Assembly: GCA_034428635.1 (NCBI GenBank)
Contig: DAOUHR010000008.1
Location: 17,002-81,001 of the forward strand
Source: Dehalococcoidia bacterium
GTDB taxonomy: Bacteria; Chloroflexota; Dehalococcoidia; Lucifugimonadales; UBA3495
Reading direction: 5' to 3'
Length of the DNA stretch: 64,000 nt
The notes below the pieces were generated by a model. The model worked only from the letters and a program-made list of their open reading frames with translations, made no database searches and was not told the DNA's origin. The translations under genes and the position numbers were made by a program. The number at the start of each line of letters is the position of its first letter. The first letter of the stretch is position 1. Below are positions 32,271-41,442 of this stretch, in pieces.

Positions 32271-32942
32271 ATGACAGGATACCGAGCAATACTATTCGAT
32301 ATGGATGGAGTGCTGGTGGACAGCGAACCGCTTTTCCTCAGCGCCATCAACCGGTTGCTGGTGCAGGAAGGAGTTGAGCCCGTTTCAGTGCAGGAAAACG
32401 AGGAGTTCCTGATCGGGACGACCATCGGGGAGACCTGGCGGCAGCTGAAAATCCGCCGCCCGCTGCCCCTTCCCGCTGAAGATTACATCAGCCGCTATGA
32501 CGACATCGTGCGGCAGGTCATGCAGGAAGAACTGGAACCCCAGCCGGGGGTGCGGGAGCTGCTGGCGGCCTGCAATGCTAGGAGCCTGCCCAAGGCGGTA
32601 GCCTCCTCTTCCCTGCACATGTGGGTTGACCTCAAGCTGAACGCCATCGGCCTTACGGGGGCATTCGATGCCGTCCTGGGCGGTGACGACGTAACACGGG
32701 GCAAGCCGGAACCGGACATTTACATCAAGGCGGCGGAAAGCCTTGGGGTGCCGCCGGCGGAGTGCATCGCCATCGAGGACTCGCCCATCGGCATATCAGC
32801 GGCCGTAGCTTCAGGGGCCTATACAATTGCCGTCCGCACGGAGTACACCCGCAACCTGGACGTCAGCCAGGCTCACACAATCCTGGAAACCCTTGAGGAA
32901 TTCGACCTGTCCCTGCTGGCAAACGGGCCTGAAGAACAATAA
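32271..32942 (+). CDS. HAD-superfamily hydrolase (beta-phosphoglucomutase-like phosphatase subfamily IA)
   Basis: Motif I AILFDMDGVLVDSE, and later GKPEPDIY and IAIEDSPIGISAA. ATG 32271 with AGGAG upstream is preferred over GTG 32259. Confidence 0.8.
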   Translation: MTGYRAILFDMDGVLVDSEPLFLSAINRLLVQEGVEPVSVQENEEFLIGTTIGETWRQLKIRRPLPLPAEDYISRYDDIVRQVMQEELEPQPGVRELLAACNARSLPKAVASSSLHMWVDLKLNAIGLTGAFDAVLGGDDVTRGKPEPDIYIKAAESLGVPPAECIAIEDSPIGISAAVASGAYTIAVRTEYTRNLDVSQAHTILETLEEFDLSLLANGPEEQ

Positions 32943-32983
32943 CCGACAGGACCGGCACGGGAAAGTCTGGGCGAGAAACAGAT

Positions 32984-33688
32984 TTAGTGGCGCCGGCGTC
33001 GCCCGGGGAGACCGGGATAAGTCCGCTCCGACAGGACCCACTGGATACGCTTCTGGAGGGCGATTACCTCCTCTGGAAGAAGCAGGTCCAGCAGTTCCTT
33101 GAATACCCCGGAAGGGTGGATAAACCGTCCCAGGAGCGTGGAGAGGGACTGCAGGTAAAGGTCAGGAATGGGTTCGCCGCCAAAGTCCCAGATGACGGTG
33201 CGGATCTTGGTGTCGGAGTGGAAAGTCAGGCCCTGGTCTATACCCCAAAGCTTGCCCTTCTCGTCCACCAGAACATGGTTGGCCTTGCGGTCGGTGTTGT
33301 TTGACACCAGGTCAAAGCAACAGATCATCCGCAACTCTTCGGCATCCCCCTCGCCCAGGGTGTAGTAGTTCATGCGGGGGTCGTGTTCCACGTACTGCTG
33401 CACCGAGCCTATGCCGTAGGGGCCCTCCCGGATAATGGTGCGGGGGATGAAATCCCACTCAAGCACCTGGCTCAGCAGGTAGGCGCCGTATTCCCGCTTG
33501 TAGAGAGTGCCCCGGGGAAAATCCCAAAGGGGGACTTCCCCGTCCCGGGGTTTGTAGATGGCATGGTCAGTCTGTTCACCCAGTTGCAACGAAGCCAAAA
33601 AGGTGTAGTTGGAGCCCATCGGAGTGAGTTCGCAGGTCTGAAATTCTCCGTTTAGAAGAACGTCGCCGTTGATTTGGTCTGATGCCAC
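32984..33688 (-). CDS. SCO1664-family protein (PI3/PI4-kinase-like fold), function unknown
   Basis: MGSNYTFLASL...AIYKPRDGEVPLWDFP..GTLYKREYGAYLLS...FDLVSNNTDRKANHVLVD..GKLWGIDQGLTF resembles the kinase-like catalytic loop (NNTDR.. N) and DxG region of this family. It pairs with the adjacent DUF3090 gene. GTG start with GAAGGA RBS. Confidence 0.6.
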   Translation of the reverse strand: MASDQINGDVLLNGEFQTCELTPMGSNYTFLASLQLGEQTDHAIYKPRDGEVPLWDFPRGTLYKREYGAYLLSQVLEWDFIPRTIIREGPYGIGSVQQYVEHDPRMNYYTLGEGDAEELRMICCFDLVSNNTDRKANHVLVDEKGKLWGIDQGLTFHSDTKIRTVIWDFGGEPIPDLYLQSLSTLLGRFIHPSGVFKELLDLLLPEEVIALQKRIQWVLSERTYPGLPGRRRRH

Positions 33689-33740
33689 CAGGATAGTCCT
33701 TCAAGTCCCGCAGGGAGATGGCGCCGCAGCAAAGGGGGAG

Positions 33741-34277
33741 TTAGCCGGTCTCAAACACGGCGTGGCCGTTGGCACGAGGGCACACATGACCCGTTGGGTC
33801 TATGGGCAGACCACAAAGGAAACAGGGCGGGCGACCGGCAGCGCAGATACGCAGGCTCTCGTTAGCCAGCACTGAAGCCTGGTCAACGGTAATCCAGAAG
33901 CTTACCGATGGCGCTTCTTCGCCCGACTGTTCGTCCCCGTCGCCCTGTGCCTGCATATAAAAGGAGTTAGTGTCCGAGTCGTGTCGGCCCGACAGCACCC
34001 TGGCCTTGAATTCAATAAGGGTCTCGTCGCCCGACCAACCGGGTGCGGCTGGGGTGCTGGCTGCCTCTCTTTCCCTATCCGACTGCCGATCCACAGCCTC
34101 TTTCAAGCCGGATCCCAGCTGAAAAAGCTGCTCCTTTTCCAGCCAAACGTAGGAAGTCGCCCGGCCTGATTGCAGCACCAGCCTGAAGGTGCGCTGCCCA
34201 GGCTCGCCGAAAGTCTCGGCCTCTATCCTGGACAGGGTGCCCAGGGGATAGGTGATGCTGCCAGGTTCCATGCTCAT
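33741..34277 (-). CDS. DUF3090-family protein with C-terminal Cys/His zinc-ribbon-like motif
   Basis: N-terminal IEAETFGEPGQRTFRLVLQSGRATSYVWLEKEQL and C-terminal CAAGRPPCFLCGLPIDPTGHVCPRANGH are the hallmark blocks of DUF3090. Confidence 0.65.
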   Translation of the reverse strand: MSMEPGSITYPLGTLSRIEAETFGEPGQRTFRLVLQSGRATSYVWLEKEQLFQLGSGLKEAVDRQSDREREAASTPAAPGWSGDETLIEFKARVLSGRHDSDTNSFYMQAQGDGDEQSGEEAPSVSFWITVDQASVLANESLRICAAGRPPCFLCGLPIDPTGHVCPRANGHAVFETG

Positions 34278-34365
34278 AGTTTATTCCCGTCCCGTCGTCC
34301 GCGGGTGTTGGGTTAATGTCTTCCGATTAAGGCGCAGACCATGCGGTCAATACACGGGCAGCCCG

Positions 34366-36687
34366 TTATACCGTCGCTGCCTCCAGGCCAAGCCTGGGCA
34401 GGGCGGCCAATCCCGCCTCGCTGAGTTCCAGACCCTGGGCAACGCCGGTCTCATACTTGTCCTGAAGTTCCCGCAACTGGAAGGACAGGGGCAACTGCCC
34501 CTCATCAATGCGCTCCACCAGTTCGGCCAGGGTGTTGTAGGCCTGATCCACGTTCCAGAAGAAGGACAGCAGCCAGGTCAGTTCCCGCTCGTTGGCCGGG
34601 GCCGGAATGTCCGCCAGGTCGATCAGCGCGGTGTTGACCTTAGTGTAGCGCAGGATACCTGCCTTGTCCTGGGCATCCCGCCCGAAGTAGCGGCGGCGGC
34701 GCAATTCCAGCACACGAGCAGTGTAGTCCTCGTCGCCGTAGATGTGCTGAGGCAGCCAGTCCTTGCGCAGGTCGACTAGTTCCTCGCCCTGGGCGTTAAT
34801 GATGGCTACGCCCACCTCCGAACGCAGGATGGGGTCATACTCGAACTTCACCGCCTCCCGAAGCAGGGCTTCCTGGAGCATCAAGGTGAGTTCCCGGGGA
34901 ATCTTCCTGTAGTTGGCCCCGCTGGCCTCTTCGTTGCTGTCGGCTCCGATTCCGCCGGTGTTGAAGACGTAGTATTCCTGGGGCATACCACCCCAGGCCA
35001 GTTGCTGCAGGATGTGGTACATCAGGTTGGCGTTCTCGTCTTCCAGCCCGATGATGAAGGGGTCGGAGAAGTACTCCACGTAAGGGCGGCCGATTGCGCC
35101 TATGGCTGCACCCATCTGCACCGCTTCTCCGTACATCAGAACACGGATGTACTGTTCCAGGCTGAGCCGGCGCAGGGGCGGGATTACCGTGTTCTGGCGC
35201 ATCACTTCCTGCCAGAAGACCCGGTCGGTGTGCTCCATGGGGACGTGCACCGAGTCCGCCAGTTCGCCGTCCGTGATGGACTTAATCAAGCCTCCCACGC
35301 CCTTGCGGGCCAGCAGGCGCCGGCGGGACAGGGTAACGCGCATGTTGCGGACCGGGTTTTCCAGGAAGTTGGGGGCCGCGTCGCCTGCGCCCTCAGGCAG
35401 GATTACCGGCACGTTCTCCAGGGTTTCCTGGGGATTGGGTTCCGTTGCCGACCCCCGTACCGCATCGAAGGTGATTGGGTCATCGGCCTCGTTCAGGCCG
35501 AAGGGCATGGCATAGAAGTTGTTCTCGGTGCCGTCGATGCTGTGGGAGATGGTGAAGCGGCTACCCTCCCGGTTGGAAACAATGGGTTCCCGCAGGGGCT
35601 GCAGAAGCACTATATCGTCGTTCATGGGGTAGACCCCTTCCACGGGGTCGGTTTCCAGGTCCATCACACGGGCCAACTGGCTGTTAGCCAACTCGATCAT
35701 AATGGTCAGGGTACTCTTGCCGTGCAGGGAGGGGCCCACGGTTATCAGGGCGGTGTTGGAAATGGCGCCGTTGATAGTGCGTATGCGGGCCAGGCTCAGG
35801 GCTGCCTGGATGGCAATGCCGTTGTTCTGCTTGACTTGGTGCATGGCGATGGACAGAGGGCCCATCTTGTGCTCACCGACGTAGTCGAACCCCAGGTGCA
35901 AGGACAGACCCTTGGTGGGGGCTTTGAAGACCAACTGGTTGATTCCCATTTCCCTCAAACGGGTCTTCAGTTCCTCCGGAAGCCCCAGGTCCTCGTACCA
36001 GTGGGGGATGGAGACTTCCATGATGTCCGGCGCTTCCGCCCTTTCGGACTCGGGCAGGTCAAAGGTGAGCTGGCGCCACATGTAAGGTAGCTGAAGATAG
36101 TCCGCGCCGAAAAGCAACTGCCGGGCGTGGAAGGACCGGCCGGGCGCGTCGCAAATCTGCCGGTCGGTTTGAATTATAGTCTGGCCGGAGGCCAAATGCT
36201 CCCGCAGCCTGGCGTTAATGCACTCGAAGACCTGGGCGAATAGGGCCTGGTTTTCTTCACTGAACGAAAGGGCGTCCCGGTTGGGGACGAACCCGTCGAC
36301 GTAGTACTGGGTAAGGTCGGGGCGGCGCACAACGCCCAACTGGCTGAAAAAGCCGATTCCGCCGCTGTCCAGCTTTACCGCAACGCCCGGCCAGGCCTTT
36401 GTAGCGGCGCGTCCGGCGGCGTTGGCTTCTGCTCCCTCCTGGACTATGGCGCTGGCTTCGGCCAGTACCTTGGTCCGTTCCTCTCCCGGCATCTCCTGGA
36501 AAACGGGCATGTTGTCAACAAGCCACTGGTCGGAAGGGTTAAAATTGCTGGATTCAGGGCGGTGCCCCTGCCGGGCCAGAGAAACCAGTTCATCCAGGGC
36601 TCCTTCGAAAGCTGCGTTCTTCCCTGGCGGTGTCAAGGGGGACTTTATCCCGGCGTCCCCCCGCTTTCCCGTTTGTTCATCTGCCAC
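34366..36687 (-). CDS. Divergent PEP-carboxykinase(ATP)-fold P-loop protein with long N- and C-terminal extensions
   Basis: Blocks align with PckA. FDYVGEHKMGPLSIAMH matches TWYGGEMKKGMFSMMNY. GPSLHGKSTLT matches the GLSGTGKTTLS kinase-1a motif. NDDIVLL matches GDDEHGW. NTVIPPLRRLSLEQ matches GVLPPVSRLTADQ. YVFNTGGIG matches YLVNTGWNG. The protein is 773 aa against about 540 aa for PckA. GTG start with GAGGGA RBS. Confidence 0.55.
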   Translation of the reverse strand: MADEQTGKRGDAGIKSPLTPPGKNAAFEGALDELVSLARQGHRPESSNFNPSDQWLVDNMPVFQEMPGEERTKVLAEASAIVQEGAEANAAGRAATKAWPGVAVKLDSGGIGFFSQLGVVRRPDLTQYYVDGFVPNRDALSFSEENQALFAQVFECINARLREHLASGQTIIQTDRQICDAPGRSFHARQLLFGADYLQLPYMWRQLTFDLPESERAEAPDIMEVSIPHWYEDLGLPEELKTRLREMGINQLVFKAPTKGLSLHLGFDYVGEHKMGPLSIAMHQVKQNNGIAIQAALSLARIRTINGAISNTALITVGPSLHGKSTLTIMIELANSQLARVMDLETDPVEGVYPMNDDIVLLQPLREPIVSNREGSRFTISHSIDGTENNFYAMPFGLNEADDPITFDAVRGSATEPNPQETLENVPVILPEGAGDAAPNFLENPVRNMRVTLSRRRLLARKGVGGLIKSITDGELADSVHVPMEHTDRVFWQEVMRQNTVIPPLRRLSLEQYIRVLMYGEAVQMGAAIGAIGRPYVEYFSDPFIIGLEDENANLMYHILQQLAWGGMPQEYYVFNTGGIGADSNEEASGANYRKIPRELTLMLQEALLREAVKFEYDPILRSEVGVAIINAQGEELVDLRKDWLPQHIYGDEDYTARVLELRRRRYFGRDAQDKAGILRYTKVNTALIDLADIPAPANERELTWLLSFFWNVDQAYNTLAELVERIDEGQLPLSFQLRELQDKYETGVAQGLELSEAGLAALPRLGLEAATV

Positions 36688-36869
36688 TGACAGTCCCTCG
36701 TGTCGTTCTCGGTGATTTGTTAGGAATTTGCGGCCAGAAAAGGTTGTGGCCGGCGACTGATATGCTACATTGTTAGCAGTCCTATGTCAAAATTCGCAGT
36801 AGCCTTCCGGCCTTGTTCGGGGCCAACTGCAGTCCCTTTAGCGGGAAACCTAGAGTGGGTGAAAAGAGC

Positions 36870-38150
36870 ATGGAATCGCTGACCCTGAAACCCGCCACCC
36901 AGGTGGGTGGGACCATTCAACTTCCCGGTTCCAAGAGCCTGTCCAACCGACTGCTGCTGCTGTCTTCGCTGGCCAGCGGGGGGACAGAAGTGCATAACCT
37001 GCTGGAAAGCGACGACACCCAGTATATGACCACCGCCCTTGAGGCCCTGGGCATCGGGTTGACCTTTTATGACGCCGGGTCCAAATGCCTGGTGGAAAGC
37101 AGTGGCGGGCCTTTCGCAGCAGACAAGGCAGATCTTTACCTGGGGAACGCCGGTACCGCCATTCGACCCCTGTGCGCGGCCCTGTGCCTGGGGGAAGGGG
37201 AGTACACACTGACCGGCGAACCGCGGATGCTGGAGCGCCCCATCGCCCACCTGGTGGACGCCCTGCGCCAACTGGGGGCGGACATAGAGTACGAAGGCGC
37301 GGAAGGTTTTCCCCCTCTAAGGATTCGGGCATCCGGGCTGCGGGGCGGGAACGTATCCATCCGGGGCAACGTATCCAGCCAGTACCTTACTGCCCTGCTG
37401 CTGGCGTCCCCGCTGGCGCAGGACACGCTGGCAATTGAAATCGTTGGGGACCTGGTGTCCAAGCCCTACATAGATATGACCGTTGACGTGATGCGCCGGT
37501 TCGGAGTCAGGGTGGAAAACGACAACTACCAGGCCTTCCGGGTTGCGGGCGGCCAGATCTACCAATCACCGGGCATTGCCCTGGTGGAAGGGGACGCCTC
37601 TTCAGCCAGTTACTTCCTCTCGGCAGCGGCCATCCGGGGCGGCACCGTGCGGGTTACTGGCGTGGGCGCCGACAGCATCCAGGGCGACGTTCAGCACGCC
37701 GATGTGCTGGAACGCATGGGCGCGGTGGTCAGCCGCGGCCCGGACTACATAGAAATATCTCGTGGTCAGCTGCGGGGCATGGACCTGGACCTGAACCATA
37801 TCCCCGATGCCGCCATGACTGTAGCAGTAACGGCCCTGTTCGCCGACGGCCGGACTATCATCCGCAACATCGGCAACTGGCGGGTTAAGGAGACGGACCG
37901 ACTGGCTGCCATGGCCGCCGAGCTTCGCAAGGTGGGCGCCGGCGTGGTGGAAGGCCCTGACTACCTGGAAATCGACCCGCCGGAACGGATAAACCCGGCG
38001 GAAATCGCCACCTACAATGACCACCGCATGGCCATGAGTTTCTCCCTGGCATCACTGGGGGATTCGGAGATTACAATTCTGGATCCGGGGTGCGTTTCAA
38101 AAACCTTTCCCGAGTATTTTGACAACTTCAGGGCCATTGTTCAGGAATAA
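36870..38150 (+). CDS. aroA: 3-phosphoshikimate 1-carboxyvinyltransferase (EPSP synthase)
   Basis: [31 protein letters not shown] and [14 protein letters not shown] motifs. ATG 36870 (MESLTLKP) is preferred over 36813. Confidence 0.9.
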   Translation: MESLTLKPATQVGGTIQLPGSKSLSNRLLLLSSLASGGTEVHNLLESDDTQYMTTALEALGIGLTFYDAGSKCLVESSGGPFAADKADLYLGNAGTAIRPLCAALCLGEGEYTLTGEPRMLERPIAHLVDALRQLGADIEYEGAEGFPPLRIRASGLRGGNVSIRGNVSSQYLTALLLASPLAQDTLAIEIVGDLVSKPYIDMTVDVMRRFGVRVENDNYQAFRVAGGQIYQSPGIALVEGDASSASYFLSAAAIRGGTVRVTGVGADSIQGDVQHADVLERMGAVVSRGPDYIEISRGQLRGMDLDLNHIPDAAMTVAVTALFADGRTIIRNIGNWRVKETDRLAAMAAELRKVGAGVVEGPDYLEIDPPERINPAEIATYNDHRMAMSFSLASLGDSEITILDPGCVSKTFPEYFDNFRAIVQE

Positions 38151-38175
38151 GGCGTCTTTTAAGACGGCCATTTAC
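38151..38175. terminator. Weak bidirectional hairpin between convergent aroA and comM
   Basis: GGCGTCTT-tt-AAGACGGCC is an imperfect 6-8 bp stem. T-rich runs follow on both strands (ATTTAC on the plus strand, TTATTCC on the minus strand). Confidence 0.3.
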
Positions 38176-38289
38176 GGGTAGGCCGGAATCACGCCTGCAG
38201 CGTAATGTCTTCAGGCTTTCGACGGAATGGCGGTTGGGTGGTAATCAATACCGCCACTCCATAACCTCTTCAATTTGCAGACTGACCCT

Positions 38290-39810
38290 TCAATTCAGGC
38301 CCCGGGATCGGTACTGCAGGGCTTCGGCAAGGTGACTGACGCTGATGGTTTCCGAACCATCCAGGTCGGCTATGGTGCGGGAGACCTTGATGATACGGTG
38401 GAAGGCCCGGGCAGAAAGATTAAGTTGATTGGTCGCGGTCTGCAGCAGGCTGCGGGCAGCATTATCCAGGTTGCAGATTTTCCAGACTTCGGCGGCTCCC
38501 ATTTCCGAATTGAAGTGGAGCGCGGCGTGGTCGAACCGCTCTGCCTGAACCTCGCGGGCCGTTTCCACCCGCTTCCTCACTGCCGCCGAGTCCTCTGACT
38601 CCGCTTCGTCCACCAGCTTCTCGTATTCCACCGGCGGCACCTCCACGAAAATGTCGATGCGGTCCATCAAGGGGCCGCTGATGCGCTTCTGGTATCTGGA
38701 GACCGCGGAACTGCTGCAGGTGCAGTCCTTGCGGGGATGGGAGTAGTAGCCGCATGGACAGGGGTTCTGGGCCGCCACCAGCATGAAGCTGGCGGGATAG
38801 GTTACTGAACCGGTTACCCGGCTGATGGTAACCACCTTGTCTTCCAGGGGCTGGCGCAGGGACTCAAGAGCAGTACGGTCGAACTCGGGCAGTTCGTCCA
38901 GGAACAGGACTCCCCGGTGGCTCAGAGTGATTTCGCCGGGGCGCAGGGTGCGTCCGCCGCCCACCAGGCCAGCGTTGGAAATGCTGTAGTGGGGCGCGCG
39001 AAAGGGTCGTTCGGCGATAAGGGGACAGTCTGAAGGCAACGAACCGCTGATGCTGTAAATCTTGGTGGCGTCCAGCGCTTCCTCCGGAGTCATCTTCGGG
39101 AGAATGGACGGCAGGGAGCGGGCCAGCATGGTCTTGCCGCTACCCGGCGGGCCGTTGAACAGGATGTTATGGAAACCGGCGGCGGCCACTTCCAGGGCGC
39201 GCTTGGCGTGTTCCTGTCCCTTGATGTGGGCCAGGTTGCACACGTTGGCCGATGGCCCCATACCTTCGGGCATGCCGGCAAACTCCACCGGGCGGATGGG
39301 CGTCTCGCCCAGCAGGTGGCTCACCAAGGCCGCCAGGGTGGGTGTGGGATATACCTGAATTCCCTCCACCAGCGCAGCCTCGGCAGCGTCGGCGGTGGGG
39401 ACGTAGACGGCGGAAAAACCCTGGTCCCGGGCCACCGATACCATGGGCAGCACGCCGTTGGTGTGGCGCAGGCTGCCGTCCAGGGAAAGCTCCCCCAGGA
39501 ACAGGGACGGTTCGTCGGGCAAGTAAATCTGCCCGGAACTTAGCAGAATGCCCACGGCAATGGGCAGGTCGTAGGCCGGGCCGGCCTTCTTCAGGTCAGC
39601 GGGGGCCAGATTGACGGTAATGCGGCGCATGGGGAACTCGCAGCCGCTGTTCCGCAGGGCGGCCCGGACCCGCTCCCGGGCCTCTTGTACCGCCGTATCC
39701 GGCAGGCCCACCACGTTGAATACTGGCAGGCCGTTGGAAATATCGACTTCTACCTGGACTATGAACCCGTCCAAGCCCACTACAGCGCAAGTCTGACTCT
39801 TGGCAAGCAT
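38290..39810 (-). CDS. comM: YifB/ComM-family Mg-chelatase-like AAA+ ATPase
   Basis: An N-terminal Lon-like domain (VGLPDTAVQEARERVRAAL), Walker A GPPGSGKT, LFLDELPEF, and a C-terminal ChlI-like region. RBS GGAGGAG. Confidence 0.9.
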   Translation of the reverse strand: MLAKSQTCAVVGLDGFIVQVEVDISNGLPVFNVVGLPDTAVQEARERVRAALRNSGCEFPMRRITVNLAPADLKKAGPAYDLPIAVGILLSSGQIYLPDEPSLFLGELSLDGSLRHTNGVLPMVSVARDQGFSAVYVPTADAAEAALVEGIQVYPTPTLAALVSHLLGETPIRPVEFAGMPEGMGPSANVCNLAHIKGQEHAKRALEVAAAGFHNILFNGPPGSGKTMLARSLPSILPKMTPEEALDATKIYSISGSLPSDCPLIAERPFRAPHYSISNAGLVGGGRTLRPGEITLSHRGVLFLDELPEFDRTALESLRQPLEDKVVTISRVTGSVTYPASFMLVAAQNPCPCGYYSHPRKDCTCSSSAVSRYQKRISGPLMDRIDIFVEVPPVEYEKLVDEAESEDSAAVRKRVETAREVQAERFDHAALHFNSEMGAAEVWKICNLDNAARSLLQTATNQLNLSARAFHRIIKVSRTIADLDGSETISVSHLAEALQYRSRGLN

Positions 39811-39888
39811 CGCAACTCCTCCGGCGCCGGCGCTGCCGGCGCTAACTGGTAAGCTGCGAAGACTATAGAACAGATGTTTCTAAATTAT

Positions 39889-40710
39889 CTACGGTCTGCT
39901 GACAGTAGTTATGAAAAGGTCGTCGGCCACCGAGATGGGGCCGTCATAGTGGGCCCGTGCCTCGTCGGCCAAGGGTTGGGTGTTGGAGTGGAAGGGAGTG
40001 TCGATGTGGGTGATGACAAGCTGGCCCGCGCCGGCTAATGATGCAGCCTGGGCAGCTTCGGCGGCGGTGCAATGGCCACGGCGTGAAGCCCCGTCCTTGT
40101 CATCCTCGGTGCTCAGGGCCTCGTGAATCAGCAGGTCGGCCCCCTGGGAAGCTTCGATCAGGCTTTCGCTGTACCGGGTATCCCCGGAAAAGACTACCGT
40201 TATTCCCCCGGTCTCCACCCTCCAGCCTGCCGCACCGCCTATGTGGTTCACCAGGAAGCAGGATGCCCGGGTATTCTCGCCCAGTGTGATCCACTGGCCC
40301 ACCTCCACCGGGTCCCAGGCCACCACCCGGTTGCCGTCGGTGGTGGTTACGCTGTCCTGGTCAACCTGGTGGGTGATACTTACGGCGCGGAAAAGGTCCT
40401 GCAGGCCCGCCAGGGATTCCTCCAGGCTGTGCACCAACAGGGGAGAAGCGCTGGGGGCCATCTGGGTGCGCCGGCCCTGGATGTGGGGCAGGCCGCCCAT
40501 GTGGTCGCCATGGCGGTGGGACAGAAGGACGTGTTCGAAGTCCTCGGCGTGCATTCCTAGCTGGGCCCCGTGGCGCAGGACGGAGTTACCTGAGCCGGCG
40601 TCCAGCAGCAACCGGGTGCCGTCGGGACAGTCCAGGACAATGGCGGTGTGGGCGCGGTGGATGCAGTTGCCGGCGCCGGTACCAAGGAAGGATATGCGTA
40701 CTTCAGCCAA
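39889..40710 (-). CDS. MBL-fold metallo-hydrolase (RNase Z-like)
   Basis: SFLGTGAG...LLLDAGSG...LLSHRHGDHMGG (HxHxDH motif). TTG start with AAGGAG 8 nt upstream. Confidence 0.75.
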   Translation of the reverse strand: MAEVRISFLGTGAGNCIHRAHTAIVLDCPDGTRLLLDAGSGNSVLRHGAQLGMHAEDFEHVLLSHRHGDHMGGLPHIQGRRTQMAPSASPLLVHSLEESLAGLQDLFRAVSITHQVDQDSVTTTDGNRVVAWDPVEVGQWITLGENTRASCFLVNHIGGAAGWRVETGGITVVFSGDTRYSESLIEASQGADLLIHEALSTEDDKDGASRRGHCTAAEAAQAASLAGAGQLVITHIDTPFHSNTQPLADEARAHYDGPISVADDLFITTVSRP

Positions 40711-40744
40711 GGTTAGTGCTCCTTAAAGTATTGCCGGGGTGATT

Positions 40745-40781
40745 TCACCCCCATCCTAACCTTCCCAGATTAAGCGGGAAG
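40745..40781 (-). repeat. Hairpin repeat copy c
   Basis: The minus-strand read is cttcccgcttaatctgggaaggttaggatgggggtga. It begins 19 nt after the translin-like stop. The tail forms an extra hairpin, GGGGTGA-tt-TCACCCC (40736..40751). Confidence 0.7.
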
Positions 40782-40800
40782 TAACCCTTTCAACGCTTCC

Positions 40801-41442
40801 TTAGGAACCGCCTTCCAACCCCGCCAGCCTTCGTTCCAGGCGGCGCTGCTGCAGGGAGATGGTCAGGTCGCCGCGGGTGCGTTCCAGGACGCCGCGCATG
40901 GCGTCGGTGCTGCGGCGCAGGCCGCCGGTTACGCCCTCGGGAAAATCTATGGTAACCAGGATGCCGTAGATCTCGTCCATCACGTCCATGAACTCCTCGA
41001 CGTGGTCAAAGGAGTCGCGGCGCAGGGCGTCCAGGATGTAGCGGCGCAGTTCCCCGATGACCTCGGCCATGCCGTTGAGATAGGCTGGCGCGTCCACGTC
41101 AATGGCGCCGGGGTCGGGGATTTCCGACCGTGATATCACGGCCAGGGTTACGTTGGCCTCGGTGTATTCCTTGCGGGCGTCGGAAAGGAACCCGGCGTAG
41201 TAGATTTCGGGGTTTTCGTCCCTGATGTGGCGTGTCTCCTGCAGGCGCTCTCCGGCCCGGTCGATAAGTTGCCGGGCGTCGTCGAAGTCGCCCCGGTGGA
41301 CGGCGCGAATGGCGTTGGCGGAGAACCGGATTACCTCGCGGGAAACGGCCAGGGCTTGTTCCCGGGCCTGGTGGCGCCGGGTCAGGGCCTCGATGGCCTC
41401 GGCGGCGATGCAGGAAAGGTCTTCGCTGTAGTTGGAAGGCAC
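40801..41442 (-). CDS. Translin/TRAX-family protein
   Basis: The helical repeat pattern and the blocks PEIYYAGFLSDARKEYTEANV and AYLNGMAEVIGELRRYILDAL...GLRRSTDAMRGVLERTRGDL resemble the translin family. E-x-x-E and E-x-x-x-E acidic motifs sit at the positions of the TRAX catalytic residues. The GTG start overlaps the thiE stop (TAGTG). Confidence 0.6.
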   Translation of the reverse strand: MPSNYSEDLSCIAAEAIEALTRRHQAREQALAVSREVIRFSANAIRAVHRGDFDDARQLIDRAGERLQETRHIRDENPEIYYAGFLSDARKEYTEANVTLAVISRSEIPDPGAIDVDAPAYLNGMAEVIGELRRYILDALRRDSFDHVEEFMDVMDEIYGILVTIDFPEGVTGGLRRSTDAMRGVLERTRGDLTISLQQRRLERRLAGLEGGS

